This document shows, piece after piece, positions 58,841 to 64,000 of a stretch of DNA of 64,000 bases; position 1 is the stretch's first letter; every line of letters begins with the position of its first letter. The notes below the pieces were generated by a model that was not told the DNA's origin, did no database searches, and was given only the letters and a program-made list of their open reading frames with translations. This stretch comes from Octopus bimaculoides (taxonomy: Eukaryota). The stretch lies in contig NC_068987.1 of NCBI RefSeq assembly GCF_001194135.2, forward strand, positions 60,074,386 through 60,138,385, given 5' to 3'. Both the position numbers and the translations under genes were made by a program.

Positions 58841-60167
58841 GTTCCGCTATTCTCGTTCCTCATATATTCGTATAACGTAGAACGCTTTCGCTGACATGGC
58901 AAGAGACCAGCCCCCAAGGCAGATGTTTCCATACAAAAAAGAACTCCGAAATGCTCTTTTTTTTTTCCTTTTTTGCTTTCGTTTGTGAGGAATAGTTTTA
59001 TGCAATCAACCAAGCAGCTTGACAATGAACGGTTTCCAGTTCTATTGATATGGAAAAATCATGCAAACAATTTCTTGAGTGCTTATTTAAAAGTTAATCA
59101 TCTGAAAAACAAATATGTTACCAGTATTGAAATATTTTTATTTTGTTTCGTTTTCCTTTTATTTTCCCTTTCATCAATACAGACATGTATCATTTCATCC
59201 CGCAACCACATTTAAATGCAAATTTCTATTGAAATTGTTTCGGGAAGTTTTTCTAATACAAGAAATAAAAAGAAAAGTATGTACAATACAAACAGACAGC
59301 GCTGATGCAGTAACTTCGAAGAGTTTAACTAAACTATCATGTTTATTGTTCGTTAACTACCCCCTGCCTGGAGTGAATATATCAGCACACAATGTATTAG
59401 CTTTGAATGTGTTTCGTAAGCTAAGAATGTAGAATATATGTAATACGTAAAATATGCTACTAGATCCAAACTTGATTTATTTATAAAGACTTTGACTTAA
59501 ACTTTATGTAAATATTAGTAAGCGGTAAAAACGCTCTCATTGTTCTTTATTTTACAGAACGATCGTACTTTCGTTTAATCATGTCAGCTGTCAAAACAAT
59601 CCAATCAAAGTAATTCTATTAAATATGCTGTAAAAAAATTCATCTGCGAGAAATTCATATTAACATAAGAATAGGAAACGAGGTTAGAAAATATGACGCT
59701 GAATCGACCAGTTAGAGAACTGTTTTCGATGACAGCTTATGTCCATGCTAAAGAATATTGTTGTTAATTGTATAATGTCAAGTCTTAATTATTTTTACAA
59801 ATCACTCCCACGTTTTTAAGAAGTATTTCTTTCTTTCTGCTTGACAGTTTCTTATACCTAGAATTTAGATTATGCTAAGAAAAAAAAAAAACAATTAGCA
59901 TGTATGACTGGAGATTAGTGCTACGTAATAAAGTGATTAAAACAACAAATGAAATTATAAGCTGATTAACCAATGTGTTGAATTTCAGTCAATAATCCTA
60001 CATGCTATTACATTATTAGCAGAAACATTTTACACCTCTCGCTACTTAGATCTTATATTTTAGCAGAATAAAAAGAATAATATTTTATATGACAATGTCT
60101 TACGTTTAAACAAATATCAAATTGCTAGAACATAGCACAAGAGTATTCAAAGTCCCAGTCGCTGCCT

Positions 60168-60323
<156 letters not shown>

Positions 60324-61190
60324 TTTCTTTCCTGGCCACAAGGACGGGAAAATCATGAAAATAAGATATAAAGAAAACAAGAAAACAAAAACAGTTAACA
60401 TGAAAATTAATCAGAAATTCCACAATAGGAGGAGTAACATTGAGGAGCAGCCAAGGACACCCCCCACCTTCACAAACCTGAATCAATCTGACTATCAAAA
60501 ACAACACAGAGAGCTGCCCCTTTCCCACTCGTTCTCACTAGCCTCGAGGCACAAATTCAGAGTTGTGGACAGCACTTACTCTTCACCTTCATCTTCCTTT
60601 CCAAGTGGAACTTTAAGAGAAGTTGGCTGAAGAAAAAAAGGGTCTGTCCTTGGTCCTTTCAGTCTCTTCGACCACACATCCTTTTTAGCCATCGGCAACA
60701 GGCAGAGGAAAGCTCCCTACCTTTCTTGTCCAAACGAGAGCGGCTGGATTATCTTTACGACGGAATCGACTGATAAATTGATCCGTTCAACATGCGATAG
60801 CAGCTGTTCGATAAGACCACAGCTCAGCAATGCTGTACAAAAGAGTGACAGATGGCTTCGTAGCTCCGAGGGCATCTCGAGTAGATGCGGCTGATGTCAC
60901 TAATCTTCATATAGAGTTTACCACAAGTCGACAATGCACCGGTAGAACTTCCAGGCCAGGTATTACTGAAAATTATCGATAGACCCTGAACCGAAAGTAC
61001 TCCGAAAAAAATTACCTAGTTGATCTTCTCGATACCCATGGTTTCACCGAGGATGTCGTTCTTCTTGCCCATCACTAATCCACTATAGAACAGTGAAATT
61101 TCCACCGACGTCATTTCCAAATTGGCAAAGGGTCTGACGATGCTCTAGGAGTAAGGCACATTATCTCGCTCTACGCTTAGTCCAGAGACG
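60324..61190 (-). mobile_element. L1/Tx1-like LINE 3' end (ORF2 C-terminal zinc-finger region + 3' UTR)
   Basis: Minus frames RCPRSYEAICHSFVQH / IAELWSY / IEQLLSHVERINLSVDSVVKI..AFLCLLPMAKKDVWSKRLKG..FHLERKMKVK; UTR ends cccgtccttgtggccaggaaagaaa into the simple-repeat tail. Confidence 0.55.
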
Positions 61191-61251
61191 AGCTATGGAG
61201 AGAAAGTGTCTCACAAATACCCCCATCACACACACGCATATAAATATACAT

Positions 61252-61334
<83 letters not shown>

Positions 61335-62157
61335 TATATATATATATATAATAAGAGAAAAGAACATGGGCATAACTTGAATCTCCTTTATTCCAGTTGT
61401 TACATGTTTCAATTTCATCAACACATGACGTCACACTAAATCTGTAACAAGTGTACCAAGTTATGCCCTTCTTTTTCTTATTAATATAGCAGTGTTCTTT
61501 GTATTAGGAAGTTCATAGCCCACCATCAGACACGGACAACCTGTGTTTTGCACAAACGACCGTGAGAGTTTACACGATTAGCATTAGAGCCGAAACCTAC
61601 CTGATTCAGTTGTAGCGCGTCGAGCGCATCATATCGTACCCATATGTATGTATACATACACATACATACATATATGCGCGCACGCATACACACACGCGTA
61701 TACATACACACACACACATGCATACATATATATATTTATATATATATATGTAAACAATTCTTGAAATAACGTCCCGTTTTTTCATGTCAGGTCCATGAGA
61801 ACAATTAATCAGTGCAAATATCGATATTCAATTATCGATTAAATGTATGAAATGGGTTTCAATCAATAACAGTAGACAACCGGACGAGATGATCAACAGT
61901 ACCTATTTCTGTCCTTCTATCAACCAAATATAAATGCTGATAAGATCAATGTATTCGTTTGACAGTTCGCTCAAAATCCTTGGGGCGAAATTGCTGGCCT
62001 CTGGCTTGGTCAAAAGAAATTACTATTAAATTCAAATGATTTCTCTTTAATAGAGCAACATAACACTTAGAGATGAATGTTCTGGAGCGTTGATGATATA
62101 GTGTGAGGATAAATCACTTGGTTATACACGTTTTTTCAAAGAAATCAATAATTAAAG

Positions 62158-62211
<54 letters not shown>

Positions 62212-63940
62212 CGATGCAAAACTTGAAGTATTCCTAATATAGAAAAGCCTTGTTTTCAGATAACAAAACTGAGAAATATGAAAAACCAAAATTTATATAA
62301 ATGAAACAAGTTTAGAATGTTTGTGAAATAGAAAGAAAAACAAAATTAACCAAAGTCCCACTTCCTGTCTCTCTTACTTCGTATTCAATCCCTCTCCTTT
62401 TCTTTCTTTTCTCCCTCTCATCCTCCTGCCGTTTCTCTACTGACTTACTCTCTTAATTTTTCACACTTAATTCCGTATGTTCTTTGTTCCTAACGTAACT
62501 TTTAGTTTTTAAGTTTTGTTTCATTTTTCAGTTTTCATTTTCCAGTCTTCCTATAGAATTAATGTTTATAGCTTAGAGGCAAAAAGAAACATTTTACATT
62601 ACAATATAGGAAAATATTAAAATATTGAAATATAGAAAATAAACTCCTAAACTTTACAATTCTCTCTGAACAGGAGAAAACTGAAACCATTCAAAACATT
62701 GCATTAGATTATTTGATTGCACAAGCAACTCTTTTTCAGTTTTTTTCATTTCTAGGTTGTTTTAGTTTTTAGCGAGGGTTCAAAAAAAGGGGCTGATAAC
62801 AACTACTTAAATGTACAGTGGCTTGTATCTTGTTGCAAGTAATACGCCGTGTCACAAAACATGGTTAAAACCGATGGAGGAACTTCTAAATATTCATTGT
62901 TAGAACTTCGAGAAGTAGCAGCACAGCGATTTGTTCGAATTCTTTACGAATTAGATACAGTCCTTTTCATTTCCACTCTTTCCCTCCATTGATATCAGAC
63001 GTTGGCATATTCCATTTGGCAAAAACGATGTTTGATATTTTGAAATATCTTAAGCACCTTGACAAAATGTGCCATTGTAAAGTTCTGCATGGTGCAGTCA
63101 TCTTTTACTGCCTATTCATCACCAGCGTCAACCCCGAACTATGTGTATGTTGACAATATAGTTATACCGAAAATGGGAAAGAAGCTGCTCAAGTGCCACG
63201 AGGCTGGATGTTAGGTGAGACTGTTGCAAGGAGTCTACTCGAGGAAGCGGAATGAGAAGCATGTGCATTAAAGTGCCAGATAACAAGAGCAAACTGTAAG
63301 ACTATTGTAAGAAATTATCCTTAACCCATTAAGAAGGCACTATTTTCGCATATCTTTCCTTTAATGCTTTTACTTCCACGAATCAGCGTTCACCTGGTCT
63401 CCTGATAAAGCTGCATATTTTACCTCATACACAGAGAACTCGAATGTCTGTTGATGATAACATGACCATGGAAACAATAACCACGAGTAGCGTAGTCAAC
63501 AGGATTATCCCCTCACAAACTACATTAACACACACACTTATACACCCACATTTACACATATATGATATACATAAATATATACATATTTGGGTTGACTTAG
63601 GGTTCCTAAACGATAATGTAACCTTCATGTACTTAAAGTATTTTCGACCTGATGAGTAGCTAGCCTCATACCTCTCATAGAATAATTATTATATCAGAGG
63701 ATTTTCTAAGTAACATTCATAGCCGAGATTGGATTTATATTTGCATTCGTAGCAACTCTATTTGCTAACCGTAAGTTATACAATTTTTCATCCTACCTTA
63801 CTTCCATATTGGAAAAGATTACAACCTTCGAAGGTTGGTCCTGGATGTTATTTTTTAGACCTACCACGGACTAGTCGAAGCTTACAAATATTTTTCACTT
63901 AGATACCTGGATCTTATCATTTCATATCGATCCATACATG

Positions 63941-63981
<41 letters not shown>

Positions 63982-64000
63982 ATATATGTATATATATATA

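Overview
AT-rich, microsatellite-dense animal genomic DNA with 12 N-gaps, most of them inside simple repeats. The repeat families look like octopus/coleoid cephalopod repeats; this rests on my recognition of them, not on a database hit. I found no intact host protein-coding gene, functional tRNA/rRNA gene or CRISPR array, so the window reads as intronic or intergenic. The ORF track is mostly translated microsatellites and transposon relics. Contents: (i) DNA transposon fossils, namely two or three Tc1/mariner DD37D (maT-like) pieces, two DD34D mariners, a hAT transposase, a hAT-Charlie-like end, a Helitron Rep fragment, a Chapaev3-like fragment and several foldback MITEs; (ii) retroelement relics, namely an R4/Dong RLE-LINE 3' end, L1/Tx1-like ORF1 and ORF2 pieces and Penelope-like (PLE) pieces; (iii) about 30 tRNA-derived SINE copies from several modular families, plus a 5S rRNA-derived head. 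The most interesting signal is a set of type I minimal hammerhead ribozyme motifs from three sequence families, mostly inside inverted-repeat PLE-like terminal repeats. One has an intact catalytic core (42977-43037, minus). The set shows a compensatory stem I change between copies, and one inversion breakpoint lies within 3 nt of a predicted cleavage site. Other notable structures are a foldback element with a telomeric-repeat hairpin core and 8-bp TSD, a four-copy SINE stack at a repeated target, and a short templated insertion. Family names, most element boundaries and all alignments were judged by eye, so coordinates of degraded relics are approximate.
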